Positions 1 through 14,600 of a stretch of DNA of 64,000 bases are shown here, one piece after another. The DNA is from Phoronis australis (lineage: Eukaryota; Animalia; Phoronida): assembly GCA_002633005.1 (NCBI GenBank), contig NMRA01000283.1, positions 1 through 64,000 on the forward strand, in the 5' to 3' direction. How positions within the stretch are numbered: position 1 is the stretch's first letter; each line of letters starts with the position of its first letter. Below the pieces are notes generated by a model. It made no database searches and had not been told where the DNA came from. It was given only the letters and a program-made list of their open reading frames with translations. The position numbers were made by a program, and so were the translations under genes.

Positions 1-1509
1 TGCTGTCTGGAGGCGTTATCTAAGCAATGTATCTCACAGGCGGATCACGCCTTCAGGAGGGATAGAAGGCAGCAATATATTGGTCTAAATTTAAACATAT
101 CTAGGGTATTCCAAGTTTCCTATCCAATGAGGATTTAGACACCAGACTCTGTATTAACTTATTAATGTGAAGTTAATGCCTATTGGCTGTTATTTCTGGA
201 CTTCACAGCATTTCTTCACAACCTAATTATCAATTCAAGGAAAAACCAGGAAGCGTGTTAACTTTGTAATGGTTGTTGTAACTTTTGAAAGATTATAGAT
301 ATGTTCTTCCAAGAAATATAGTATATTTGTTTGATTTGAAGCTAATCGGTCTGAACTGGGGCCTAATTGGTATTACATACCACTGCTGTCATCACTTGAA
401 CATCAGCTGGGTGCCCCTGTTTATTCTGTTGGAACTGGCCAGGTACAATTACAAAATGTTCAGTTACTGGGAACATTCTACTCTGTCACTAATACTGTGC
501 TCACTTGAAAGACTACCTTGGTATTACACGGATATCATCTCTGCTGCTCTCACAGTTCTTGAAGTTTTCATTATGGAAGAGTCTAGATACTGATGACACT
601 GGTCACATTTAGATATAGACTTCAGTGATTATGGATATTAATGACACTGAGTGGTAAGATTTAAGTACAGATTTCAATGATCTAGATTATAATGAAGATA
701 TGCCACACAAAAAAACTTAAACTTTAAATGGATTGTTTGTAATCAAACGTCTTTGTTTCTGAAAAACAAAAAGTAAAACTGCTTGTTCAACGCTTTATCA
801 GTATTAAATTTGGATAAAATTTATATCAACACGAAGCTCATTTACTCAAAATTTACTGCTGAAGATTTGGTAAGTTTACTAATGAGTTATTAACAAAGTT
901 GTAATTATGTGCAGTGGTTGTGACCTAGTTCTGAGTGAAAAAAACCCTCCGATTTCAAGGGGGTAGACATTCCACAGCTTAGCCAGGCCACTAACCTATT
1001 TATACCATATGGCGCTCAGGGTCGAATGAGTTAATATACGCGTATATGGACTCTGCATGTATTTGCATCAACACGCGTCAATTAGAAACTATACGCGTCT
1101 ATAGGCAACTTCATACACTTCTACAGCCTCTATACGCGTCTACACCGGTCTATAAGTGTCTATACGCAATTTTATACGCGTCTCTAGCCTATAAAGGCGT
1201 CTATTTGGGTCTATAAGCGGCTATACGCCTATATATACGCGCCTATATGCGTCTACACTCGTCTATGTCCGATATGCGCGTCTATAGGCAATTTTATACT
1301 CATCTATAGCCTCTATACGTGTCTTTTCTTGTGTATTTGTGTCCGTGAGCGTCTCTGCGCATATATTTGCATTTATATACGCGTATATAGCCGCTGTACA
1401 CGTCTACTTGCGTCTATACGCGCGTCTATACTCATCTATGCCCAATATGCGCGTCTATAGGCAACTTTAAACGCGTCTACAGCTTCTCTACGCGTCTATT
1501 TGGGTCCAC

Positions 1510-1768
1510 ATTGGCGTTTCCCTCCACTGAACTTGACCACGCGGTCATTTGACATTGGTTTGACTTTTAGTTCATTTTGAATTTGCAGTTAGAAACTAGT
1601 TGTTTCGTCTATTATTTTTGGTGATGTTATTCACTGTGATACTTGGTGGTTTGTTTTCTAAATTATTTATTTGTACTTCTTGTACGACTGTAAGACTGCA
1701 AGACTGTACGATCGTATGACCATACGACTTTGAAAAAAACTTTGAAGACTGAATGTTTTAAATTCTAC
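1510..1768. mobile_element. ~260-bp non-satellite insertion inside the satellite (probable TE fragment)
   Basis: Abrupt switch to T-rich sequence with short gactgtaa/gactgcaa/gactgtac repeats, then back to satellite monomers. Family not recognised. Confidence 0.4.
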
Positions 1769-4700
1769 AACGAGTCTATTTGCGTCTATACGCCTCTTTG
1801 CGCGTCTGTGCGCGTATATACGTATCTATATACGCGTATTTTGCCTCTAAACACGACGCGTCTATTTGAGTCTAGGCGCGTCTATTCGCGTCTGTAAGCG
1901 TCCATACTCATGAATTCGCGTCTATGCCCGTCTGTACGCAACTTTATACGCGTCTACAGTCTCTATACGAGTCTAAACGAGTCCATTTTAGCGTACGCGC
2001 ATCTATTCGCGTCCACACCCGTCTATGCACGTCTATGCCCGTTTATACGCGTCTATATAAGCGTGTATATCTTCTATTCGTGCCTTTTTGAGTCTACACA
2101 AGTCTTTTCGCGCCTGAACGCGTCCGTTCGCGTCTATGGGTCTTTTTACACATCTATATAAGCCCCTATACGCGTTAATCCGCGTGTTTGCCCGTTTGTA
2201 CGCATGCAGGTATGCGTAAATAGCCTCCATACGCATCTGTTTGTTCCTAGGCGGGTCTAATTGCGTTTATGCGTGTCAAAACACGTATATAAGCATCTAT
2301 GAGCGTCCATGCACAACTTCATTCGCGTCTGGGGAATCTATGCGCGATTTTTGCCTCTACACGCGTCTAAACGCGTTTATGTGCGTTCTTGCGCGTATAT
2401 CCAAATTTAAATACGCGTATAAACATTCTATGCTATGCGTGTTTGAGTTTATACGCGTCTATGCGAGTCTGTACGCAACTTTATACGCGTTGAGAGCATG
2501 TACACGCGTCTATCTGCGTCTAGACGCGTCTATGCGCGTCTAAGCGGGTATATATGGATTTATATACGAGTATGTAGCCTCTACACGCGACTATTTGCTA
2601 CTATACGCGTCCTTACGCGTGTATGGGTGTGTATATGCATCTATGTTTGCGTCTGTATGCGTCTAAACGCGTCTATGCTAGTTTATATACGTGATTAGAC
2701 CATCTACACGCGTCTATTTGCGTCTACACATGTTTGTACGGGTTCATAGGCATCCATACTGTACGTTCTATACTCGTCTTTGCTTGTCTATTTGCAACTA
2801 AATACTCGTCTATAGCCTCTATACGCGTCTAGTTGTGTATACAGAACTCTATTCGCGTCCATACCCGTCTTTGCGCCTTCCTGCACGTTTTAACGCATCT
2901 ATGTACGTGTTTATTGCCTCTCTACGCGTCTTTTTGAGTCTACACGCGACTTCTCGCGTCTATTTGCATCTGTTTGAGTCTGCGCGCGTCTGTGCGCGTA
3001 TATATGCATTTATACAAGCGTCTATAGCCTCTATATGCGTCCTTTTGCGTCTATACGAGTCCGTATGCGTGTATTGGTGGGTACATATATCTATATTTGC
3101 GTCTATATGCGTCTAAGAGCGTTTATGCCCATTTATATGCATGTATATGCGCGTACATAGCCTCTATACGCGTCTTTTTGGGTCTAAACGCGTCTTTTCC
3201 CGTCTATACGCGTCCATACGCAAAATTTAGAGCGTCTATACGCGTCTATGGGCGTATGTGTGCGTATACATGCATTTATACACGCGCAAATAGCATCTAT
3301 TCCCTTCTATTTGAGTCTACACAGGTCTATTTGCGTTTTTACTAGTCCTTACGCGTCTATACTCGTCTATGCGCGTCTCTACGCAACTTTATACGCATTT
3401 AGAGCTTTATACGCTTCTATTCGCGTCTACACAAGTCAATACGCGCCCATACGCTTCCAAATGTGTGTATACTCGTCTATGCGCGTCTATACCCAAGTAT
3501 ACGCATCTAGATACGCGTATAAAACCTCAATACAGGTTTTTTGATTAAACACGCGTGTTCTTACGTCTATACGCGTCTATATGAGTCTGTCCTCGTCTAT
3601 ACGCGTCTAAGTGCAGATATGCCAGTTTAGACGTATATTTATACGCGTATATAGTCTCTATACCAATCTATTTGAGTCTATATGCGTCTTTGCGTGTCTA
3701 TGCACATATGCGCATCTATATACCCGTATATCACATCTATACGCGTCTATTTGAGTCTACATTCGTCTATTAGGATCTATACGCGTCCGTACGCGTCTAT
3801 ACTCGTTTATGGGTGACCCGCGCGTTGATAGACAAATATATACACTTCTATAACCTCTCTAAGCGCGTCTATTCGGGTGTACTTGCGTCTTTACGCGTCT
3901 GTGAGCGTCTCTGCGTATATATGCATTCATATACGCGTATATAGAGTTTATACGCTTCTATTAGCTACTGTACGCGTCCATAAGCTTCTGCACTCGTCCA
4001 TACTCATCTGCACAACATTATACTCGCCTATAGCTACTACATGCATCTATCCGGGCCTAATAAGCGTCTATACGCCGATATATACGCGTCTATTCTCAAA
4101 TTTAAACGAGTTTATAGCTTCTATACGGGTTTATTTCCGTCTACGCGCCTCTATTTCCATCCTTACCCATAAATTCGCGTCTGTGCTCGTTTATACGCAT
4201 CCATATACGCGTATAAAGATTCTATACGCGTTTTTCGAGTCTACACTCGTTAATTTGCTTCCATATGCGCCAGTACGCGTCTATGGGTATCTATACGCAT
4301 CTATATACGTGACTATACGCGTCTAAGCGCGATTGTGCGCGTATGTACACATTTAAACACGCATATAAAACCTCCATACGCATGTATTTGCGTCTACACG
4401 CGTCTATTTGCGTCTATGCGGGTCTGTTCAAGTTCATACGCATTTATATACGCGTCTATTTTTGTCGAGACGTTTCTATACGCGCTCACACGCCTCTACA
4501 CGCCTCTGTTTTTGTCTTTTTATATCTGTGCGCGTATATAGGCATGGGTATACGAGTATATAGCCTCTATACGCGTCTATATGAGTATACGCGTCTAAAC
4601 TCGACTATGCGCGTCTATACGCAACTTTGTACGCATGCGTCGCCTCTATACTCGTCTATTCAGGTCTGTAAGCGTCTATACACCTAGATATACGCGTCTC

Positions 4701-7700
4701 TATGAGTCTATATTCGTCCATATGCGTATTAGCGCATCTATGTCCGTTTGCACCCATGTATATATGCTTTTCTAGAATATATTTGCGTGTAAACGCGTCT
4801 TATTGTGTCTATACGCGTTTAGGCGCGTCTGTATACAAGTCCATTTAAGTTTGCACGCGTCTATTTGAGCCCATACCCGTCTATGCTCCCGTTTATACGC
4901 ATCTGTGATGGTCTCTGCGCATAGATATGCATTTTTATATGCGTATAGTCTTGATACGGTTCTATATGAGTCTATACGCGTCGATAGGTGTCTGTACACA
5001 TCTGTACTCCTCTACGCACGATATGCCCTTCTATACGATACTTTATACGCGGGTATAGCCTCTATTAGCACCCTTTCCCGGCTATGTTCGTTTATGCCCG
5101 TTTATACGCATGTGCATACGCGTATTTAGCCTGTTTACGCATCTTTTTGCGTCTACACGCTTCTATTTTCGTCTTTACGCGTCTTCGTGAGTCTGTGAGC
5201 GTATACGCGCATTTAAACACGCGTCTATTCTGGTCTATACACGTCTATGCGCGTTTATACGCAATTTTATACGCTTTTATAGTTGCTATATGGGTACATT
5301 GGGGTCTTTAAGCATCTATACGCCTATATACAAGAGACTGAGAGCGTTTATATCATCTTTACTCGCGTATACGCGTCTAAGGGCGTCTATTCCTGTTGAT
5401 ACGCATTGATATACGCGTTTATAGCGTCTATAAGCGAATATTTGCGTCTACACGCGACTACTTTCGTCTATACACGTTTTTGGTATATACGCATCTATAT
5501 TCGCGTATATTGCCTCTATACGCGTCTATTTGAGTTGACACGTCCTTATTTGCGACTAATCGCGACCATACGCGTCTATGCGAGTGTATACGCACTTTTA
5601 TACGCGTCTATAGCCTCTATACGCTTCTATTGCGTCCATACCCGTTCATGCGCGTGTCTGACCGTCTAAACGCATTTATATACACGTATACAGCCTCTAT
5701 ACTTGTCTATTTTAGTCTACACGCGTTTATTCGCGTCTATAGGCATCTATACGCCTATGCGCGTCTATGCGCATCCATACGTTACTTTATACGCGTCTAT
5801 ATGTGTCTACTCGTCTTTGTGTCTCTATATGCGTCTATACGCGTCTTAGCCCGTGTATGTCCGTTTATGGGCATTAATATACGTGTATATAGGCTCTATA
5901 AGCGTTTATTTGCGCCTTTGCGAGTCTGGGCGCGTATATAGGCGTCTACTTGAGTCCACACACGTTCATTTGCATCTATACGCGTCCGTACTCGTCTACA
6001 AGTATATATACGCATCTATATACGCGTCTAAGCGCGTCTTTTCCCGACGATGCGCATTAGTATACGCGTATCTAGTCTCTATAAGCATCTATTTGCGTCT
6101 ACACCTGTCTATTAGCGTCAGTACGCGTCTATAGGCAACTTGTACGCGTATGTAGCCTACATACGCGTCTAGTCGGTATTTGCGTCTGTATGCGCGTCGT
6201 TGCGCTTATATACGCATTTATATACGCGTATATAGCCTCTTCACGCGTGTATTCGCGTCCATACTCGTCTTTGCATTTCTATAAGGGTCGTAACGTCTAT
6301 ACTCTCTATACGCGCCTGTTTTCTTCTATAATCGTCTCCTTGCGTCTGTGCGCGTACTTACGCATTCAAACTCTACATTCTACTCTCGGCTATGTGCGTC
6401 CATACGTGTCTATACGTGTCTATACTCGTCTAAGCACGTCTATGCTCGTCTATACGCAACTTTATACACTTCGATAGCTTCTATACGCGTATATAATTGT
6501 CTATATGCGTCTAAGCTCGTTTATGTTGTTTGTAAGCATCTATATACGCGTGTATAGCCTATATATGTGTCTATTTGAGTCTAAACGCGCTCATTCGCGT
6601 ATACGAGTCCACACGCGTCTATGCACGTGTATTTGCGTCTAAGTTTATACGCATCTAGAGCCTCTATACTAGTCTATTTGCGTCTGCACGCACCTGTACG
6701 CATCTACAGATGTCTATACGTGTCTATACTCGTCTATAGGCGTGTAATCACAATTTTATACGCGTTTTCAGCCTCTAAACGCGTCTATTACGGCTACACA
6801 CATCTGTACGTGTTCATACTCTTCTAAATGCGTCTATATGAGCCTATGCTTTTCTATACGCGTCTTAGCGCCTATGCCGTTGATACGCAAATTTATGCGC
6901 ATTTATAGCCTCTATACGCATATATTTGTGTCTATAGGCGTCTATATGAGTATAAACGCGTCTCTTCTCGACTATAGGCGTCCACGCACGTCTATACAGA
7001 AGTTAATACGCGTCTATAGCCTCTATACACGTCTATTTGCGTCAACACCTCTATTATCGTCCTTACCAGGCTATGCGCGTGTATACCCTTTTCCGTACGC
7101 GTTTTTTGAGTCTACACGCGTCTCTCTGCCTCTATATGCGTTCATACGCGTGTATGGGCGTCTCTATGAATCTATAGACTTGTGTATGTGCGTCTAGCGC
7201 ATCGATAAGCGTCTATTTGCGTCTAGACGCGTCTATGGGCGTCTGCGCGTACACACGCATTGATATACGCGCAAATAGGCTCTTTTGGCGTCAGTTTGAG
7301 TCTACACGCGTCTATACGCATCTATACTCGTATATGCGCGTCTATATGCAATTTTATACGCACCTATGGACTCTATAAGCGTTTTCTTGGGTCTGCACCT
7401 ATATACGCGTATAAAGCCTCTATACGCATTTTTGCGTCCATATGCATCAGTACCCGTCTATGGGTATCTATACGCATCTAAGCGCCATTTTGCGCGTATG
7501 TACGCATTTAAACACGCCTATAAAACCTCCATACCCATGTATTTGCGTCTACACGCGCTTCTATTTTTGTCTAGATGCTTTTATACGCGTTCTTAGGCAT
7601 CTACACGCCTCTGTTTTTGTCTTTTTATGTCTGTGCCCATATATAGGCATGCATATACGAGTATATAGCCTCTATACGTGTCTGTATAAGTTTATACGTG

Positions 7701-7908
7701 TCTAAACTCGACTATGCGCGTCTATGCGCAACTTTGTACGCATCCGTAGCCTCTTTACTCGTCTTTTCGGGTCTATACGCATCTATACTCGTATATGCGC
7801 GTCTATATGCAATTTTATACGCATCTATGGACTCTATAAGCGTTTTCTTGGGTCTGCACCTATATACGCGTATAAAGCCTCTATACGCATTTTTGCGTCT
7901 ATGCATCA

Positions 7909-7954
7909 GTATATATATATATATACGCGTTTAGACGCTTATATATATATATCG

Positions 7955-7989
<35 letters not shown>

Positions 7990-8043
7990 GCGTTTAGACG
8001 CTTATATATATATATCGCTTATATATATATATATATATATATA
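7909..8043. repeat. Compound (TA)n microsatellite with a duplicated cgcgtttagacgctt(at)n cgctt unit
   Basis: Directly visible. The paralogous site at ~23139-23179 is a shorter TA/TG tract. Confidence 0.9.
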
Positions 8044-11000
8044 AGTCTATACTCGTCTATATGCGTATTGGCGCATCCCTGCCCGTCGGCATGCATATAT
8101 ACGCGTATCTAGCCTCTATACGCATAAATTTGCGTGTAAAAGCGTCTTATAGCGTCTATACCCGTTTACGCGTGTCTATACGCAACTTTATACGCGTCTA
8201 TAAGTCCATATACAAGTCCATTTACGTCTCCACGCGTCTATTTGCCCATACCCATCTATGCATCTGTCTATACGAATCTATGAGCGTCTCTGCGCAAAGA
8301 TATGCATTTATATATGCGTATAGCCTTGATACGCTTCTGTTTGCGCCTGTACGCGTCAATAGGTGTCTATACGCATTTATACACCTCTATGCACGATATG
8401 CGCGTCTACTTGCAACTTTATACGCGTCTATAGCCTCTATTAACACCCTTTCCTGACTATGTGCGTTTACGTCCGTTTATACGCATGTGTATACGCGTTT
8501 ATAGTCTCTGTACGTATATTTTTGCGTCTACACGCGACTATTTGCGTGTATACGCGTTTTTGCTCGTGTGCCCGTATACGCATCTTAATTCGCGTATATT
8601 GCCTCTATACGCGTCTATTTGAGTTTACACATGCCTATTTTCGACTAAACGCGACCATACCCGTCTGTGCGAGTGTAAACGCATTTTTATACGCGTCTAA
8701 AGACTTTGTTTGCTTCTATTGCGTCCATACTTGTCCATGCGCGTCTCTGACCGTCTAAACGCATTTATATACGCATGTACATCCTCTATACGCGTATATT
8801 GAGTCTAAACGCATTTATTCGCGTCTATAGGCATCTATACGCGTCTATACACGCCTATGCGCATTTATACGTTACTTTACACGCGTCTAAAGCCTGCATA
8901 CGCGTCGATTTGGGTCTACAGTGTCTATTCGCGTCTGTACGCGTCTATTCGCGTCTGTACGCGTCTATGCCCCTCTGTGGCCGTTTATACGCAAGTTTAT
9001 ACGCGTCTAGATCCTCTATACCCACCTTTGTGCATCTACACGCATCTTCACCCGTCCATACTAGTCTAAACGCTCTTTATGAGTCTATACGGGTCTATAT
9101 GAATCCATCCTATTCTATACTCGTGTAAGCGCGCCTATTCCCGTTGATAGGCATATATTTGCGTCTACACATATATAGTCTCTATACGCGCCTTTTTGAG
9201 TTTGCACGCGTCTTTTGGCGTCTTTTGGCACGCGTCCGTCCGCGTCTATGGGCGACTATACGCATCTTTATACGCGTTTGCACGCGTCTATCTGCGTCGA
9301 TGCGCGTTTACAAGTGTCAATATACGCGTCTGTAGTCTCTATACGCGTCTAATTGGGTCTGTAAGATGCTTCAAGCGTATTTATACGCGTCTATACGTGT
9401 CTTTACGCGTCTATGCGTCTCTATATGCGTCTATACGCGTCATAGCCCGTGTATGGCCGTTTATGTGCATTAATATAAGTGTATATAGTCTGCGCGCTTA
9501 TATAGGCGTCTACTTGAGTCTACACGCGTCTATTTGAATCTATACGCGTCTGTACGAGTCTATAAGTGTCTATACGCATCTATATACGCGTCTAAGCTCA
9601 TCTATTCTCCATGATGCGTATTGATATAAGCGCATACCGTCTCTATAAGCATCTATTTGCGTCTTCACCTCTCTATTAGCGTCAATACGCGTCTATAGGC
9701 AACTTGTACGCGTATATAGCCTATATACGCGTTTATACGGTATTTGTGTCTATTTGAGCGTCGTTTTGCGTGTATAAGCATTTATATACGCGTGTATAGC
9801 CTCTTCACGCTTGTATTCGCGTCCGTACTCGTCTTTGCAATTCTATGTGCGTCCATACGTATCTTATACGCGTCTTTACTTTCTATACGAGTCTATTTTC
9901 GTCTATACTCGTCTCCGTGCATCTGTGCGCGTATACGCATTTAATCCCTCGTCTACTCTCGTCTATATGCGTTGATACGTGTCTATACATATCTTTACTT
10001 GTCTATGCGCTTCTATACTCGTCTATACTCAATTTTTTACACTTCTATAGCTTCTATACGCGTATACTCGGGTCTATCAACGTCTATTTGCGTCTAAGCT
10101 CGTCTATGCCCGTTTGTAAGCATCTTTATACCCGTGTATAGCCTCTATACTTGTCGATTTGAGTCTACATGCGTTCATTCGCGTCCATACGTGTCTATAA
10201 ACGTGTATGCGCGTCTAGTTTATACGCATCTAGAGCCACTATACGCGTCTATTTGCGTCTACACGCATCTGTACGCGTCCATACGTGTCTGTACGTGTCT
10301 ATACTCGTCTATAAGCGTCTAATGGGAAAATTATACGCTTGTTTAGCCTCTACTCGTGTCTATTTCCATCTACACGCATCGATGCACATTCATACTCGTC
10401 TAAGCGCGTCTGTATGAGTCTATGCTGTTCTATACGCGTCTAAGCGCGCTATGGCCATTGATACGCAAATATATGCGCATATGTAGCCTCTATATGCATA
10501 TATTTGTGTCTATACGCGTCTATTTGAGTCTAAACGCATCTCTGCGCGACTATATGCGTCCAGGCACGTGTATGCAGAACTTAATACGCGTCTATAGTCT
10601 GTATATGCGTCTATGTGCGTTTACACTCCTCTGTTATCGTTCTTACCAGGCTATGCTCGTCTATGCCCTTTTATACGCATTTATAAACGCTTATATAGCC
10701 TCTATACGCGTCTATTTGAGTTTGTACGGGTCTATTTGCGTCTCTACGCGTTTATACTCGTCTATGCGCGATATGCACGTCTATACGCAGTTTTGTACGC
10801 GGTAAACATTGACCACAATACGTGCGTTGAGATTTTGATTCATTTTTACACTTTGAGGAAAGTAGTCACACTTGGTTTCAATAACTCTTTGACCGTGGAA
10901 AATAATCGGACTGTGAGTCCCGGCAATAGACTGCGGGAACACTTCTGTCATCTGGAATTAATACGGGAGGTTTCTGTAATAAGATTTTGGAAGCAAACGT

Positions 11001-11588
11001 GAAGTGCAGCTAGTTCTGATCCGCTACTAACCTACTTAATGAAGGAACACTGACAAAAATACAAAATTTCCATCACAAAAACTGATGGAAGTTCTTTTTT
11101 CAAGGCGTTTAAATTCTCTGGAAAAATGAGTAGACGGCTTTCAACATTTACGTCCTGTCTGTTCCGTCCTGAGACCACCACTTGATTTATAGGCAAAGGG
11201 CCCATCGAGTTACCTGGACAACGGAATCTCATCAGACCTATAGCAAATAATCCACGTGCTTGGTAATAAATCAATAGACCTTCCGACATACTGATGTCAA
11301 AACACATATTTCTGAAACACGCCCATACAATAAAAAAGTCCTAGTAGGGATTAGTCTCAAGGTATTGCTCTTTGTTCACGGAAAGACAGTTTGCAATTGT
11401 GCATTCTTGCACGTTAGTTAGTACTGATTTCAACCCAGATTTCAATCAGGTCATACATGCATAAACATTGCTGAATTGGTTAAATACACGACACTCGTCG
11501 TAATTAACAATCTTTATTCCGCTCCGTTAGTATCCCCAGAACAAAGTTCGACATTCATATTGGCAAAGTAACTGAGCAAGAGACGTGA

Positions 11589-11589
<1 letters not shown>

Positions 11590-11654
<65 letters not shown>
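11590..11654. repeat. (CA)n microsatellite
   Basis: About 32 uninterrupted CA units. The paralogous tract at 27843-27865 runs into the N gap. Confidence 0.95.
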
Positions 11655-11658
<4 letters not shown>

Positions 11659-14600
11659 GATATTTCGAAACGTACTTCTTTCATTCTCGAATGGAAATAG
11701 AATGACGGAATAATACCACCACAGAACAACTGCTTAACATACACAGTGGGACGCGGCAGGTGTGAAATACTACAAAGAATAACAAATGGAGTGGGTGCCT
11801 TTTAATCATGTCTCTTGTCAGTTACTTCACCAATGGTCTATTGAATGTCGAACTTTGTTTCGAGGATACGAACGGAATGGAATAAAAATAGTCAACAACG
11901 AGAAGTGTCGTGTTTTTAACCAATTTTGCATAACGGAAAGCGTAACACCCAAGTACATTGCTGACGATATCTCTGTTACGTCCTCACTATAACGGATCAA
12001 TGTGACTGCTTTTAAAGGCATTATTACGACGAACAAACTATCTCGTACTTAATAGTTTCAATAAATGATTCATGGAATTGCTACATGTAAATACAACTTT
12101 GAGTTGCATCTAGTTTAAGAGTGCACTTCGCTCTTACGACACTATTGGCTATTGTAGGTAATTTGCGTATGCAAATCAAGGGCTTTGGGCGATTTTACAT
12201 TTTGTTTAACCAAGGAAAATTGATTTCTGCACACGTTGCCTACCAAATGGTACATTTTATGTAGTTGTCGGACTGTTTTAACAAATGTAGCTCTTATTTA
12301 AATGTTATCAGACTATGTAGGATCGTCTAGGGATTACTTTAACTTTATATGTAACAATCATACGTGGATAAATCTATGGAAATGTGTGTACAGTACATGA
12401 GCAATTAACTGCATTGCTCAGTTGAATGAAACCGTAATAAAAATCGACAGGCGAAGTTATGAAACTTGCTAAGCCTTAGGAGGCACCCAGCACTAAGCTC
12501 TTGCTCATTTGGATCTTGGAACATCAGGTCTTGGCAGCTTCAGCAGTATGTTCCAAATGTACACAAAACCTGAAAATATGAACAAAATGCTGGCTCAAAG
12601 GTTTCAAAAAGCTATCCCAAAGAACAAAGAAACTGGTTTCAAAGTGCTTTTCTATCTTTTACGACTACCTCAAGTGCAAATGGCTTCTTAAAATACACCC
12701 AATCGGCAACTTTTACACCGAAGCCAAAATTTACTTCAGACAGTGTTATGAACTGACAGACAGCGCATTCAGACTGCCAAACCCCTCCAGATTGTAGAAA
12801 TCATATGCAAGGTGGATGGCAACCAGTTAAAAGTTTTACAAATCCAACGTGTCTGAAGGATATAATCTTTCGCTAAATTTCAATTTCTCGCTTGCAATCA
12901 GTAATTTGATTTCAAAGTCATGGATTAGCAAAAAGTGGGACGGAGTCAATAACTAGCACTCTTTCAAACAGAACAGACTCAAAATTCAAGAAAATGCCTT
13001 TCGTAGCCTTCACAAGCACCCAACACAAAGCCGAAACTGCTCAGCCAACTTAACAGTCGTCGATTCTTAATGAAACTGGGGGAGGTAAATTTAACCGTGG
13101 TTCAAAAAATATATTGAGTGCCAATTCAATCGGACCAATCACCCGGTAGTTAAACTGTTAGTAATTAATTGGGAACTAAATGGCTCATGTATAATTATAT
13201 CATTGATCAGTGAACTCCATTTATTTATTCGGTATTACCAAATGACCGCTTCAGCAACGTGAAACCTATTAACAATAGCGATATGTGCGCTCTAGGGAAA
13301 TTCATAAAACCCTAGCACGACAGTCAGGGGAACGCTGCTATGTTTTGATTTATGAGGGAACGCCTCGTTCGTTAGAAGCGTAAGACGGACGAAGCCTTGA
13401 GTCACTACCTGTTCAACTGTTGGATGACGGCAGAAGGACGTTTCAAACCTAGTTGTGTACACAGCGCAAGCACTATAACCGTAGTGGTTGATTTCTAGCA
13501 GATACGCATATATTTCAGGATTACGGAGTATATATGTGGTGAGTTAAGGTAGATGTATGAGCGTTTCTGTAACGTTCATGGAAACTTAAAAAAATTGACC
13601 GACGACTACTGCTTCTTAGTCTGAATATCTACCAACGAACTCGAATCACTGAATTTGACGTTTGTCGAATTTCAACAACATTTTGCTCTCTCTGGATAGG
13701 CCGTTTCACTACTCTTTGGATTAGCGTTTGATAACATACCCTTCCGCAACAAAATCGGGCGATCGTTTAACGCACGATCACGGTGGATTGATTAATACGT
13801 TTCTGAATTTACGACCAGCTAATGCACCAAAAGGTGAGTGAATGAACCAATTTGCTTCCTGTTCGTTGTTACGTTATGAAAATTTTACTCGAAAAAATTG
13901 TATAATTTGAGTTCGTGTCCAAAGATTATCTCCTTGATTGGCCCTAATTGTGTTTGAGTGCGATGTGTGGCTCTGAGGTGATAATCGAACGGCCAAAGAT
14001 ACACGCAAGCCTGTGCAGAGCTGCGTTTGCAAAGAGCGCTGTTTTGTTGAAAAACCCTGTTTTGATTTAAGTCACTTACCCAAATTGATCCCAAATTGTT
14101 CCATGGTCAAAAAGTTTGATTTTTGACGCGGAAACAACTGTCAGCTCGTTATCCTTCACAGCAACCTCTCTAAAAGCCACCGGGGTGTTAAAGTTCCCAC
14201 CACCCATTTTCTTAGTTTTTGAAGTTTCAGTTAGCTATTATGAGATGAATGCCATAAAATCTAACTAAATAGGCACTTTTTACGCAAATAGTCGCTAATT
14301 GTTTAATTTTGAAGAAACATTAGTTATTACCAAGTTTCCCCCCAAATGATGCAATGGGTGGAAAACGTTTGATCAATTGCAATGGCGAAACACAGCAGAT
14401 CAGAAGACGAGTACAATTTTGAGCAAGAATTGGATAATTATTATGCAGACAGCGGGCAGGGTGGATACGGGCATGGCACTCAAGTACTTGAAAAAACAGA
14501 CTATGTAATCGATTTCCCACTTAGCTATCTTTCGTCGAACTCGACTCACTTGCACGAGAAATGCTGCAGACTTGCATGTATTGTGTGAGCCACACCCAGC

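Larger units (their letters stand above)
1035..10801 (+). repeat. Degenerate 10-bp satellite array, consensus (TATACGCGTC)n, block 1
   Basis: Continuous runs of TATACGCGTC and recurrent variants (TACACGCGTC, TATTTGCGTC, TATACTCGTC, TATAGCCTC, TATACGCAACTT). Orientation is the same throughout. Interrupted only at ~1510-1768 and by (TA)n. Confidence 0.95.

Noticed and set aside
285-593. 102-aa ORF
   Set aside because: TTG start, no recognisable domain, and neighbouring frames are full of stops. At most a decayed TE.
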